Source: a virus. Taken from it: a DNA stretch of 64,000 nt. A program made the position numbers and the translations under genes. This document shows positions 42,091 to 52,547 of this stretch, piece after piece. The notes under the pieces are model-generated. The model saw only the letters and a list, made by a program, of their open reading frames with translations, was not told where the DNA came from and searched no databases. Numbering within the stretch: the first letter of the stretch is position 1; each line of letters starts with the position of its first letter. Location: IMG/VR virus record IMGVR_UViG_3300025030_000004, positions 1 to 64,000 of that record; one strand, 5' to 3'.

Positions 42091-43193
42091 AGAAATTAAA
42101 GAAAAAATATAACGTCCATCAATTATGGTCGTGGTCTAGATATAATTGTTATAAGAATTCCATCTTTGAATTCTATCTCAAATACATTGCAAAAATTAAA
42201 GAAGATAGAGACGATGGTATCTATGGTGTAAGTGGTAATGCGTGTCATGGTATTCTTGAAAAGTTCTACTCCAAAGAGATTGCGTATGAGGATATGTTAC
42301 AGGAGTATGAAAATTCACTATTCACATTTAATGCAGGAAAACTTAAATATGATAGAACTAATGAAGAGAAAAATAATAATATAGCAAACAAATATGAATC
42401 ATGTTTAAGACACTTCTTCCAAAATCATAATGTAATTAACAAGAAAGTTGAGATAGAAAAGTTTATTATTATAAAGATTGGTAGTTTTATATTTCAGGGA
42501 TATATTGACTTCATACATAAAGAAAATGGTTATTTTATTATTACCGACTGGAAAACATCAAGTATTTACACAGGAAAAAAGATAGATAAAGAAAAAGGTC
42601 AATTAGTTTTATATGCCGAGGCTCTAATACAATTAGGAATACCTTTAGAGAAGATTAAGATAAGATGGAACTTTCTGAAATATGTAATCGTAGAAGTACA
42701 GCAAGCAAATGGTAAGACTACAGAAAGAAATATTGCAAGAAACGAGATTGGAACTAGTTTAAAATCAAATGCTAAGATGTGGTTGAATAAGGCAAAGTTT
42801 TATTCAGAGGAAGAAGTTGAATCTTATCTAGAATTATTAGTTATGACAAATGATATAAGTAGTTTACCAGAGGATATACAGACCAAGTATAAGATTAGTG
42901 ACTGTTATGTTTATATTCCGTTTACAGAAGAAGAAATAATTAAACTTAAATCAGAAATCGTTAGTGTTATTGTAGATATTAGCAAAAAAGAATGTGAATA
43001 TATGAAAACAAAAGATGAAAATGTATGGTGGGAAGAAATTACTGACGCTGAATCATATTTCTTTGCTAATTTAAGTGGATATAGTGCTAACCTACATAAG
43101 CCATATGCTGTTTATTTAGAGAATAGAAAGTCCTCTATAAATTCAGCAAAAGATAGTAAAGAGGATGATCTGTCGTGGATGGATAATCTTTAA
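42063..43193 (+). CDS. PD-(D/E)XK (RecB/Cas4-like) exonuclease
   Basis: SWSR, G...H..LE, E, GYID, DWKTS and QL.LY. Confidence 0.85.
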   Translation: MARKTGEELEKLKKKYNVHQLWSWSRYNCYKNSIFEFYLKYIAKIKEDRDDGIYGVSGNACHGILEKFYSKEIAYEDMLQEYENSLFTFNAGKLKYDRTNEEKNNNIANKYESCLRHFFQNHNVINKKVEIEKFIIIKIGSFIFQGYIDFIHKENGYFIITDWKTSSIYTGKKIDKEKGQLVLYAEALIQLGIPLEKIKIRWNFLKYVIVEVQQANGKTTERNIARNEIGTSLKSNAKMWLNKAKFYSEEEVESYLELLVMTNDISSLPEDIQTKYKISDCYVYIPFTEEEIIKLKSEIVSVIVDISKKECEYMKTKDENVWWEEITDAESYFFANLSGYSANLHKPYAVYLENRKSSINSAKDSKEDDLSWMDNL

Positions 43194-43208
43194 GATTAGG
43201 AGGACTGC

Positions 43209-46200
43209 ATGGATAATTATGTCGTTTATCATTCACATGAAGATACAAGTAATTGTAATGGGTTTGCGGATTCGTGCTCCCATTACAAAGAGTATATAAA
43301 ACTTGCTAAAAAACAAGGTATGAAAGCAATAGCATTCTCAAATCATGGTGGCACGTATGATTGGATAAAGAAAAAACAGGACTGCGATAAATCAGGTATT
43401 AAATACATACACGGTATTGAATCGTATTTATGCACTAAATATGAAGCAGATGAAAGAGGTTATCATATTGGTTTATATTCAAAAAATTATGATGGTGTAC
43501 TAGAGCTAAATTTGTTAAACTCTAAATCAACATCTAAGGGGAAGCTAGAAGATAAAACAGATAGACATTTTTATTATAATCCTAGAATATCATTAGAAGA
43601 CTTAATGAATACAAGTGAGAATATTATTATTACAACAGCTTGCTTGGCATCAATATTATGGAAAAAGAAAGACGATAAAGATGATTATATCCAAAGGTTC
43701 CTAGAATGGATGTCTAAAAATAAGCATAGATGTTTTCTGGAGATCCAGTACCACAAAGATATTAATCAAATAGAATATAATAAATTATTATGGGGTTGGA
43801 GTAAGGAGTACGGTATTCCTTTAATAGCAGGTACGGACACACATTCATCTTCAGATTATAAAGCTGAATGTAGAAAGATTCTTCAAATATCAAAAGATAG
43901 CTTCTATGGAGATGAAGATGCGTTTGATTTAACATGGAAAAGTTATGGCGAATTAGTTGATTGTTTTAAAAACCAAAATGCATTGCCTGAAGAAGTATGG
44001 ATGGGTGCTATAGAAAATACAAACAAACTTGCTGATATGGTTGAAGAATTTAAACTTGATAAGTCTTTTAAATATCCCAACTTATATGGTGATAATGCTT
44101 TAGATATATGGAAAAGCACCATAGCAAAAAAATTACAACATAAGAAAAAGAATAATATCCTTGATATGACCAAGATCGATGAATATAAAACAAAAATTAA
44201 AGAAGAATTCAATGCAATGAAAAAACAGAACATGGAAAGTTTCATGATGTTTATGTCTGAATTAGTAGACTATTGCAATGAGAACGACATACCATATGGT
44301 TTTTGTCGTGGGTCTGTAGGTGGTAGCGAAATTGCTTTTATCACAGATATTACTGACGTAGATCCTATTAGATGGAATACTGTCTTTTCAAGATTTTGTA
44401 ATGCAGATAGAGTTTCACTTGCAGATATTGATATAGATTTCGCCCCAGAAGACAGAGTAAAAGTTTACGAATATATTATTAATAGATTTACACCAGAAAA
44501 AACAGCGTACATATCAGTATTCTCAACACTAAGAGACAGAGGAACAATTGATGTATTAGCAAAGGGTTTGAAGTATGAAGACCTAGATGTGGTAATGAAT
44601 ATTAAAAATGAATTTGATAAGTTATTCGATGAGTATTTTAAGATAATTCAAGAAGAGGTCAACCTAGAAGAATTAGAAGAGGTAGATGCTAAGTCTGTAG
44701 ATTTTGATCATCATGAAGTTTATTGTAATAGGATAAGAAATAATAAAGCACTAACTAGAGCAAATAATTTAAAGAAAGAATTTCAAAATCTTAAAGAAAA
44801 TAATAAAGATTTATTTTATTACTTTGACGGTTTAAAAGGAACTATTGTAGCAAAAGGTACTCATCCAGCAGGTATTATAGGTTCTCCTATTACACTTGCA
44901 GACAATTTAGGCGTTTACTACAAAGATGGCGATGAATCTCACCCAGTATCAATATGTTCTATGAAAGCAGTTGACTCAGTAAACTTCGTAAAATTTGATA
45001 TATTAGGATTAAAAACCGTTGGAATAATGAAAGACGTATACAAGTCTATTGGTTCTCATTATCTCAAAGCTCATGAAATTAATTGGAATGATAGTAAGGT
45101 ATGGGATAATATGATTACTTCTAGTGTGGGAGTCTTTCAATTCGAAGGGGATTATGCATTTTCATTACTCAAAGACTTTAAACCTCGTTTTATTAATGAC
45201 ATGTCTTTGGTAAATGCTGCACTACGTCCTTCTGGAAAATCTTATAGGGATAGGTTGATTAGAAAAGAAATCAATGTAAACCCCTCCGAGCAATTAGACG
45301 AGTTGCTTAAAGACAATTATGGATATCTAGTGTATCAAGAAGATACTATTAAATTTTTAACCGATATATGTGGGTTTAATGGTGCTACTGCTGATTCCAC
45401 TAGAAGAGCCATTGGAAAAAAATTGCATGATGAATTACAAGAACAATTACCTAAAATACTTGATGGATACTGTGCAAAATCTAAAAAACCTAGAGAAATA
45501 GCAGAGGAAGAAGCAAAACAGTTTCTTCAAATTATCGATGATTCCTCGGAATATCAATTTGGATATAATCATTCCACAGGTTACAGTATGAATGGGTATG
45601 CAGAGACTAGACTTAGAACTTATTATCCATTAGAATTTGCTACTGCTTACTTAGATAGGGCTGAAAACAAAGAGGATACAAATAGAGGTGTATCATTAGC
45701 AAATCAACTGGATGCAAAAATAAATCCTATTTCATTCGGCAAATCAATTGCAAAATATACATGCGATAAAAAAGAAAACAGTATTTATAAAGGCATTGCT
45801 TCAATTAAGTATCTAAATGAACAAGCACCAAATGAGTTATATGCTTTAGCACAACAAAAAAAATATACAGATTTCATTGATTTATTAGGGGATATAAGAA
45901 ATACATCTGTTAATTCTCGTCAACTTAAAATTCTTACAGGATTAAATTTCTTTAGAGTGTTTGGTAAAAATAAAAAATTACTCAAAATTATAGAGATATA
46001 TAACAATTTTGCTTCACGTAAACAAATTAATTTTAAGGATATTAGTAAGCTTGATATTAACGAAAAAATATTGATGAAATATAGTAATAAAATAACACAA
46101 ACACTTTATAAAGAATTAGATATGATGGGGTATATTAGAGAGATAAGCAAAGACATAGAAGATAAACCATTGTCGATCAAAGAACAAGTCGCATTTGAAA

Positions 46201-46505
46201 TGGAATTTCTTGAATATACCGAATATATAAATGAGAGTGCAGGAGATAAGTTTTATATCATCATTAAGTTTGAGACCTATAAAGATAAAACAAAACCTTA
46301 TGTAACTTTAAGACAAGTAAATAGTGGGAAAGAGATGAAGACAAAAATAAAAGATGGTAAAATATTTTCCGAGAATCCGTTCCAATTATATAATGTATTA
46401 AAAGTAAATGAATTCAGACAACAGTTTAAAACCAAAAATATAGGTGGTAAATGGCAAAAAACAAATGAGATAGAAGACATTCTATTTGATTATGAGGTGT
46501 ATTAA
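43209..46505 (+). CDS. dnaE: DNA polymerase III alpha subunit (PHP + C-family polymerase)
   Basis: YHSH, DTH, RGSVGGS, ADIDIDF, HPAG, KFDILGL, GVFQFE, YQE and FGYNHS.GY. Confidence 0.95.
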   Translation: MDNYVVYHSHEDTSNCNGFADSCSHYKEYIKLAKKQGMKAIAFSNHGGTYDWIKKKQDCDKSGIKYIHGIESYLCTKYEADERGYHIGLYSKNYDGVLELNLLNSKSTSKGKLEDKTDRHFYYNPRISLEDLMNTSENIIITTACLASILWKKKDDKDDYIQRFLEWMSKNKHRCFLEIQYHKDINQIEYNKLLWGWSKEYGIPLIAGTDTHSSSDYKAECRKILQISKDSFYGDEDAFDLTWKSYGELVDCFKNQNALPEEVWMGAIENTNKLADMVEEFKLDKSFKYPNLYGDNALDIWKSTIAKKLQHKKKNNILDMTKIDEYKTKIKEEFNAMKKQNMESFMMFMSELVDYCNENDIPYGFCRGSVGGSEIAFITDITDVDPIRWNTVFSRFCNADRVSLADIDIDFAPEDRVKVYEYIINRFTPEKTAYISVFSTLRDRGTIDVLAKGLKYEDLDVVMNIKNEFDKLFDEYFKIIQEEVNLEELEEVDAKSVDFDHHEVYCNRIRNNKALTRANNLKKEFQNLKENNKDLFYYFDGLKGTIVAKGTHPAGIIGSPITLADNLGVYYKDGDESHPVSICSMKAVDSVNFVKFDILGLKTVGIMKDVYKSIGSHYLKAHEINWNDSKVWDNMITSSVGVFQFEGDYAFSLLKDFKPRFINDMSLVNAALRPSGKSYRDRLIRKEINVNPSEQLDELLKDNYGYLVYQEDTIKFLTDICGFNGATADSTRRAIGKKLHDELQEQLPKILDGYCAKSKKPREIAEEEAKQFLQIIDDSSEYQFGYNHSTGYSMNGYAETRLRTYYPLEFATAYLDRAENKEDTNRGVSLANQLDAKINPISFGKSIAKYTCDKKENSIYKGIASIKYLNEQAPNELYALAQQKKYTDFIDLLGDIRNTSVNSRQLKILTGLNFFRVFGKNKKLLKIIEIYNNFASRKQINFKDISKLDINEKILMKYSNKITQTLYKELDMMGYIREISKDIEDKPLSIKEQVAFEMEFLEYTEYINESAGDKFYIIIKFETYKDKTKPYVTLRQVNSGKEMKTKIKDGKIFSENPFQLYNVLKVNEFRQQFKTKNIGGKWQKTNEIEDILFDYEVY

Positions 46506-48764
46506 TTGGCGAATAAAGTATTAGTAGATTTTGAGGGAGTTGTAGTTGCTAACCCATATAATACTGAGGACTATAAAATATATGGGTTAAATGTTGACTA
46601 TTTAAAGTTCCCACATATAAAACAAAACAAGTATAGCAATGTAAGTATTGTAGGTAATCTTCCTGATCTTGAGGATGGTGTAGAATACACAGTAAATGCT
46701 GAAGAGACAAGTGGTAAAAACGGAATATCTTATAAGGTGATCAACATCAAAAGAGATAAACCTAAAACGGAAGCATCAACTAGATTATTTCTACAAAGTA
46801 TTCTAGATAGTTATAGTCATGTTGATGAGATAATGCGTGAATATCCAGACATTATTGACAGAGTTCTTAATAATCGTTTAGAAGATATTGACTTGAAGAA
46901 ATTATACAATATTGGTCAATTTCGTTTTGATGTTATTAAGCGTAAAATAATTGAGAACTTTGCACTTGCGGAACTAGTTACTGAGTTTAGAGGATTCATT
47001 GAGTTCAAAGTATTAAAAGTTCTCTATGATAAATATGGTTCAGTCGATAAGATTAAAGAAAAATTACAAGAGAACCCCTACAAATGCTTATGCGGTCTCT
47101 CACGTATTGCCTTCAAAACAGCAGATAAGATACTCCTAGCTTTTAACAAAGACTGTATAGATATGAAATTGAAAGGAGAAGTCCCACCTATTGATTTTAC
47201 ATTTGATTTGCAAACATCAAGTCAGAGGCAAAAATCAGTAATCATGTTTTTACTAGAAGAGAATGAAAACAATGGTAATACTAAGATTGATATTAAAACT
47301 CTAAGAAAACAATCTGAAGCAATAGCTAAAAAATGCATTGAACACTTTGTTGATATTGTTAAGAATGATGAACATATTCATTTTGATAAGGATTCACATA
47401 CAGTATCATTAGAAGAAACATATCAGACTGAGTTATATATTGCTAATAAGATACTAGAAGGTTTAGATGTAGAGAATGAGTGGGATATTGATACTGAGCA
47501 ATATAGAAGTAATTCTGAGGTAACACTTACTGATCAACAATATCAAGTTTTACCTATGGTGTGTGACTCTAATATTTGTATTCTAAATGGTTTTGGAGGT
47601 TCCGGCAAGAGCCAAACAACTAAATCTATTATTGATATGTTGAAAGCTAATAAGAAAACATTCCTATTATTAGCACCTACAGGTAGAGCAGCAAAAGTCC
47701 TTTCCGAATTCACAAAAGAACCTGCATCTACAATACATCGTGGATTAGCATATATGCCTCCAGACTGGGGTTATAATGAGAAATATCCATTGCCTTATGA
47801 TGTTGTGATAGCAGATGAATTTTCGATGACGGATGTTTTCTTAAATAAAAGATTATTAGAAGCAATCAATTTCAACAGAACAAAACTATTAATGATAGGA
47901 GATAGTGCTCAAATACCTTCAGTTGGAGCTGGAAATGTATTCTTTGATCTAATCAATACAAATATGATACCAATTGTTTCTCTTACACAAATATTTAGAT
48001 ATGGCGAGGGAGGTATTTTAACAGTAGCAACTAAGACTAGAAATAGCGAAAGATTCTTAGAAGACTCTCAAAAACCACAAGTATTTGGAGAAGATAAAGG
48101 GTATATGTTTATACCAATGCAACAAGAAAAAGTAATTAATAATGTGATTGCTTTATATAAAAAACTCTTATTGTCTGGAAATTCAAAAGAAGATATTATG
48201 ATTCTGTCATCATATAATATTGGAGAATATGGAACAGTTAATATAAACAAACATTTACAACCTATTTCTAATCCTAATGTAGTATCTAAAGGTATTAACA
48301 TTCAAATTGGAGAAACAAAATTTTATGAAAATGATATGGTTGTTCAAACAGTAAATAATTATAAAGCAATACGATATAAAGATGATTGGATTGATGAAGA
48401 TGATAAAACGTTTATTGCTAACGGTGAAATTGGAAGAATAGTTAAAATTGAGTATGGTAAAGTCATTATTCAATTTGATGAAGTTGTGGTTTATACCAAA
48501 AGCGATCTGATTAATGTTAAACTTTCATATTCTATTTCAACACATAAGAGTCAAGGCGGTCAAGCTAAAATAGTTATACTTATTACCCCTAAAGCGCATA
48601 CCTTTATGCTTAATAGTAATCTAATTTATGTAGGACAGACAAGAGCAAAAAGTAAAGTATTCCACTTTGGGGAAATTGAAACAGTCAATAGAGCTATTAA
48701 GAAAAAAGCAGATTTTAATAGAAAAACTTATCTAAAAGAATTACTCTTAACAAACCAAAAATAA
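46506..48764 (+). CDS. RecD2/TraA-like SF1B helicase
   Basis: NPY, GFGGSGKS, LLAPTGRAAK, STIHR, DEFSM, GD.AQ.PSV.AG, HKSQG and Y...TRAK. Confidence 0.9.
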   Translation: MANKVLVDFEGVVVANPYNTEDYKIYGLNVDYLKFPHIKQNKYSNVSIVGNLPDLEDGVEYTVNAEETSGKNGISYKVINIKRDKPKTEASTRLFLQSILDSYSHVDEIMREYPDIIDRVLNNRLEDIDLKKLYNIGQFRFDVIKRKIIENFALAELVTEFRGFIEFKVLKVLYDKYGSVDKIKEKLQENPYKCLCGLSRIAFKTADKILLAFNKDCIDMKLKGEVPPIDFTFDLQTSSQRQKSVIMFLLEENENNGNTKIDIKTLRKQSEAIAKKCIEHFVDIVKNDEHIHFDKDSHTVSLEETYQTELYIANKILEGLDVENEWDIDTEQYRSNSEVTLTDQQYQVLPMVCDSNICILNGFGGSGKSQTTKSIIDMLKANKKTFLLLAPTGRAAKVLSEFTKEPASTIHRGLAYMPPDWGYNEKYPLPYDVVIADEFSMTDVFLNKRLLEAINFNRTKLLMIGDSAQIPSVGAGNVFFDLINTNMIPIVSLTQIFRYGEGGILTVATKTRNSERFLEDSQKPQVFGEDKGYMFIPMQQEKVINNVIALYKKLLLSGNSKEDIMILSSYNIGEYGTVNINKHLQPISNPNVVSKGINIQIGETKFYENDMVVQTVNNYKAIRYKDDWIDEDDKTFIANGEIGRIVKIEYGKVIIQFDEVVVYTKSDLINVKLSYSISTHKSQGGQAKIVILITPKAHTFMLNSNLIYVGQTRAKSKVFHFGEIETVNRAIKKKADFNRKTYLKELLLTNQK

Positions 48765-48770
48765 TTAATA

Positions 48771-48799
48771 TTGACTTATAGACACATCAATGCTACAAT
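48771..48799 (+). promoter_or_regulatory. SigA promoter
   Basis: TTGACT-17-TACAAT with TGn, preceded by AAAATAATTAA. Confidence 0.65.
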
Positions 48800-49420
48800 A
48801 AATACATAGAGGTCAAATTCTCAGCAAAACATAAAATACATAAAAAGAAGGCGATTATCATGTAAATCTCACAAAAATCCCAAATTTACCTCCCTCATGC
48901 TCGTTCTAGTTTCCAAATGCTCCGTTTTCCTAGCACAAAAATCAAACCAAATAAAAGATCACTTTTATTTGGATAGAAAGGATGTGTTGCTTCAAGATAT
49001 GAATTGGTTTACATATTGTAGAAATAAAAAATGTTCAATAAATAATGAGTGTAAGAGGTTTACAACTGATGATAAATTACCAGATGAAAATGTGATTAAT
49101 TTTAGTCATATGTGCAATGAGAAGAATGGGTATTATCTTAGGATAGAGAAAGAAAAGAGTGAATTAGTTGTGAAGGAAGAAGGTGAAAATAAATAATGGA
49201 TTATGGTAATATGGATATTCTCGACACAGCGAGAGAGCTTAGTAGATTACTAATTAAAATCTTTAATGGCAATGTTAATAAAACAGAAGTAGAGCAGATG
49301 AGGATTTTATCAAATAATTTCAGCAAAGAATGTAGTCATATTTTATATGATTGGGGCAAATAAAAACCCAAAAAAGAAGATTTTTATCGGATATAAACAG
49401 AAAATAATTGGAGGAATAAA

Positions 49421-51457
49421 ATGAAAGTAATTAAACGAAACAAAAAGGTAGTAGATTTTGATCAATATAAAGTTACAATCGCAATTCTATCGGCTTTAAA
49501 TGAAACAAAAGAAGGTAATTATGAAATTGCTCAAAATATTTCAGACAAAGTAAAAGAACAAATAAATAATAATACTGAAGTTGAACAAATTCAAGATATT
49601 GTTGAACAAGTATTAATGAGTGAGGGGTATTTAAAAACCGCAAAAGCATATATTCTTTATCGTGAAGAACATAAACAACAAAGAGAATTTGAAGTTAATT
49701 TAATGAAAAGTATTGCTAAATTATTAAAGGAAACAGATAGAGATAATGCTAATATAGGACACTCACCAGCATCTAAGATGTATCAAATTGGTGGAACTGC
49801 ATCAAAAGCATTTTATATAAACAAATTATTACCTAAAAATTTCTCAAAATTATACATAGATGGAGACATTCATATTCATGACTTTGACTACTATGACAAA
49901 ACTTTTAACTGTTTATCTATTCCATTAGAAAGAATGTTAAAAAATCTTCCTGAATATGAATTTGAATATGGATCTGTAAGAAGTCCAAAACGCTTATCCA
50001 GCGTTATGTCTTTAGCATCAATTATTTTACAACGCATTTCAAATGATATTTTTGGTGGTACTCTTCTTCCTAATTTAGATATTACTATTCAACATCTTGT
50101 AAATGAAGGTTATATCACTCCTCCCACTGATGAAGAGTTTAAACAATCTGCACAAAGTTTACTGTATAATCTTGCTACTATGCCTACTAGAGCTGGCAAT
50201 CAGATACCTTTTTCCTCAATTACTTTTGGTCTTGAGACTGGAGAATATGGTAGAAAATTAACTATATCATTACTTGAAGAATTTAAAAAAGGAATGGGCA
50301 GGGGCGAGACATTTATTTTTCCTAATTTAATATTCAAGTGTTTAAGTGATGTTAATTTTCAAGAAACAGATCCAAACTATGATTTATATGAATTGGCTGT
50401 GGAAGTTAGTTGTGCAAGAATGAATCCTACATTTAACTTCTTAGATTGCGATTATTATAAAATTTATGATCCTAAAGAAGTTAATCCAATGGGTTGCAGA
50501 ACACATGTTATTGGTAATATAAATGGTGACCCAATTAGTGAAGGTAGAGGAAATATTTTTCCAACTACAATTAATCTTCCAAGATTGGCGTTAAAAGCAA
50601 AAGGTATTAATTTTCAAAAAGATATCAAAGACTTTTTCAAGAAGTTAGATAAAATGCTTGAAGATGTTAAAGAACTTTCAATACACCGTTATAATATTTT
50701 AGCAAATCTTAAAGCATATGATATTCCTTATGTAATTGGAGAAGGCGTATATTATAAGAGTGAAACCCTTGAATCGAAAGATAAAATCGAGTCTTCATTA
50801 AAACAAGGGACGATAGCTATTGGTTTTATTGGAATTGCAGAAGCAGTTAAAGAATTAGTAGGAACGCATCATGGGGAATCAGAAACCGCACTTCAACTAG
50901 CAATAGAAATAAATAAGCATATTAGAGAAATGTGTGAAAAATATATGAAAGAAACTGGTCTTAATTGGAGTTGTTACGCCACACCTGCTGAATCTACTTG
51001 TGGGAAAGTTATGAAAGACAGAAAAGATTTTGGAATAATAGAAGGTGTTACTGACAGGGATTATTATACAAATAGTTATCATATTCCAGTTTATTTCCCA
51101 ATATCTATAGCACGTAAAATGACAATTGAAGGATTATTCCATACATATAATAATGGTGGTAGAATTAGTTATATTGAATTATCTGCTCCTCCTATACATA
51201 ATACTGAAGGTATAAAAGAAGTACACAAACACATGGTTAAATCTAATGTTGGTTATGCAGGAATTAATTTTCCTATTGATGAATGTAAAACTTGTGGTTA
51301 TTCTGGCATTATTAAAGAATGTTGTCCTAAATGTAAAGGTACTGAAATTAAAAAGATTCGTAGGGTTAGTGGTTATTTAGGATTTTCAGAAAGGATCAAT
51401 GCCAATAAAGGAGCAGAAATTGATGATAGATTTGCTCATAATAAGGTGAGTGAATGA
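49421..51457 (+). CDS. nrdD: Anaerobic ribonucleoside-triphosphate reductase (class III) with ATP cone
   Basis: VIKR ATP cone, IHIHD, FPN, MGCRT, TINLPR, TPAES, YYTNS, CxxC/CPxC and RVSGYL. Confidence 0.97.
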   Translation: MKVIKRNKKVVDFDQYKVTIAILSALNETKEGNYEIAQNISDKVKEQINNNTEVEQIQDIVEQVLMSEGYLKTAKAYILYREEHKQQREFEVNLMKSIAKLLKETDRDNANIGHSPASKMYQIGGTASKAFYINKLLPKNFSKLYIDGDIHIHDFDYYDKTFNCLSIPLERMLKNLPEYEFEYGSVRSPKRLSSVMSLASIILQRISNDIFGGTLLPNLDITIQHLVNEGYITPPTDEEFKQSAQSLLYNLATMPTRAGNQIPFSSITFGLETGEYGRKLTISLLEEFKKGMGRGETFIFPNLIFKCLSDVNFQETDPNYDLYELAVEVSCARMNPTFNFLDCDYYKIYDPKEVNPMGCRTHVIGNINGDPISEGRGNIFPTTINLPRLALKAKGINFQKDIKDFFKKLDKMLEDVKELSIHRYNILANLKAYDIPYVIGEGVYYKSETLESKDKIESSLKQGTIAIGFIGIAEAVKELVGTHHGESETALQLAIEINKHIREMCEKYMKETGLNWSCYATPAESTCGKVMKDRKDFGIIEGVTDRDYYTNSYHIPVYFPISIARKMTIEGLFHTYNNGGRISYIELSAPPIHNTEGIKEVHKHMVKSNVGYAGINFPIDECKTCGYSGIIKECCPKCKGTEIKKIRRVSGYLGFSERINANKGAEIDDRFAHNKVSE

Positions 51458-51939
51458 TTGAAATTGCAGGAATACGCAAAGAAAGTCTTGAAGATGGGAA
51501 AGGGATAAGAACTGTCATATATTTTCAAGGATGCAAGCATAAGTGTTCAAACTGTCAAAATCCTCATACTTGGGAATGGGGTGAAGGACAATTGGTTTCT
51601 ATGCAATATTTACTCAATATTGTTAAAAACGACACATTATCAAAAGGAGTTACATTCTCTGGTGGATGTCCAATGTGTAATGCTAAATCACTTATTCCAT
51701 TGGCTAAAAAATTAAAAGAGTTAGGTTATAGTATTTGGGCGTATTGTGGTGAAACAATAGAAGACTTAAATGGTGATCAATTAGATTTACTTCAGTATAT
51801 TGACGTTCTAATAGATGGCAGATATGAAGATAAATTGAGAGATGACACTTTAGCCTTTAGAGGAAGTTCTAATCAAAGGATTATTAATGTTAAAGAAAGC
51901 ATAAGACAAAATAAGGTTATTGGATTATTAATGGGTTAA
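51454..51939 (+). CDS. nrdG: Anaerobic RNR activating radical SAM protein
   Basis: DG.G.R....QGC.H.C..CQN, GVTFSGG, DVLIDG.Y and RGSSNQR. Confidence 0.95.
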   Translation: MIEIAGIRKESLEDGKGIRTVIYFQGCKHKCSNCQNPHTWEWGEGQLVSMQYLLNIVKNDTLSKGVTFSGGCPMCNAKSLIPLAKKLKELGYSIWAYCGETIEDLNGDQLDLLQYIDVLIDGRYEDKLRDDTLAFRGSSNQRIINVKESIRQNKVIGLLMG

Positions 51940-51963
51940 AAATAATAAAAGTGAGGTAAATAA

Positions 51964-52395
51964 ATGAATATTAAAATAAAATACCATTCCAAGGACATTG
52001 ATAAAATTACAAATATTGAAGGGAAATCAGATTGGTATGACCTAAGATCAGCAGAGGATGTCACGCTAAAAGCAGGAGAATTTAAACTAATCTCTCTTGG
52101 AGTGTCAATGGAATTACCTGAAGGATATGAAGCATATGTAATTCCACGTTCAAGCACATATAAAACATTTGGAATCATTCAAACAAATCATTTGGGATTA
52201 ATTGATGAAATTTATAAAGGCAACAATGATATTTGGAAATATCCTGCACTTGCAATGAGAGATACTGAAATTAAGGTTAATGACCGCATTTGTCAATTTA
52301 GGATTCAAAAGAAAATGCCTGTAGTTACATTTAATGAAGTTGATAATTTAGAGAGTGAAGATCGTGGAGGATTTGGGAGTACGGGTAGAAGATGA
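51964..52395 (+). CDS. dut: Trimeric dUTPase
   Basis: DL, PRSS, GLID..Y.G, RICQ and RGGFGSTG. Confidence 0.95.
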   Translation: MNIKIKYHSKDIDKITNIEGKSDWYDLRSAEDVTLKAGEFKLISLGVSMELPEGYEAYVIPRSSTYKTFGIIQTNHLGLIDEIYKGNNDIWKYPALAMRDTEIKVNDRICQFRIQKKMPVVTFNEVDNLESEDRGGFGSTGRR

Positions 52396-52547
52396 GTAAG
52401 GTTATTGATTTAACTAATAGAAATTTTGGTAAATTAACAGTCATAAAACAATTTACTGAAAGAAGTAAAAATAACTACATTCAGTGGGTGTGCATTTGCG
52501 AATGTACACCCACCATAGAAAGAGTGATTATTGGCAAATATCTATAA
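52392..52547 (+). pseudogene. Truncated N-terminus of an AP2/HNH-associated 'DLT...FG.LTV...W.C.C' protein
   Basis: [19 protein letters not shown]...QWVCICEC then stop at about 51 aa. Confidence 0.55.

Noticed and set aside
43209-51457. Inteins or introns in dnaE, the helicase or nrdD
   Set aside because: Normal lengths, continuous ORFs, and no C...HN-C/S/T splice motifs seen
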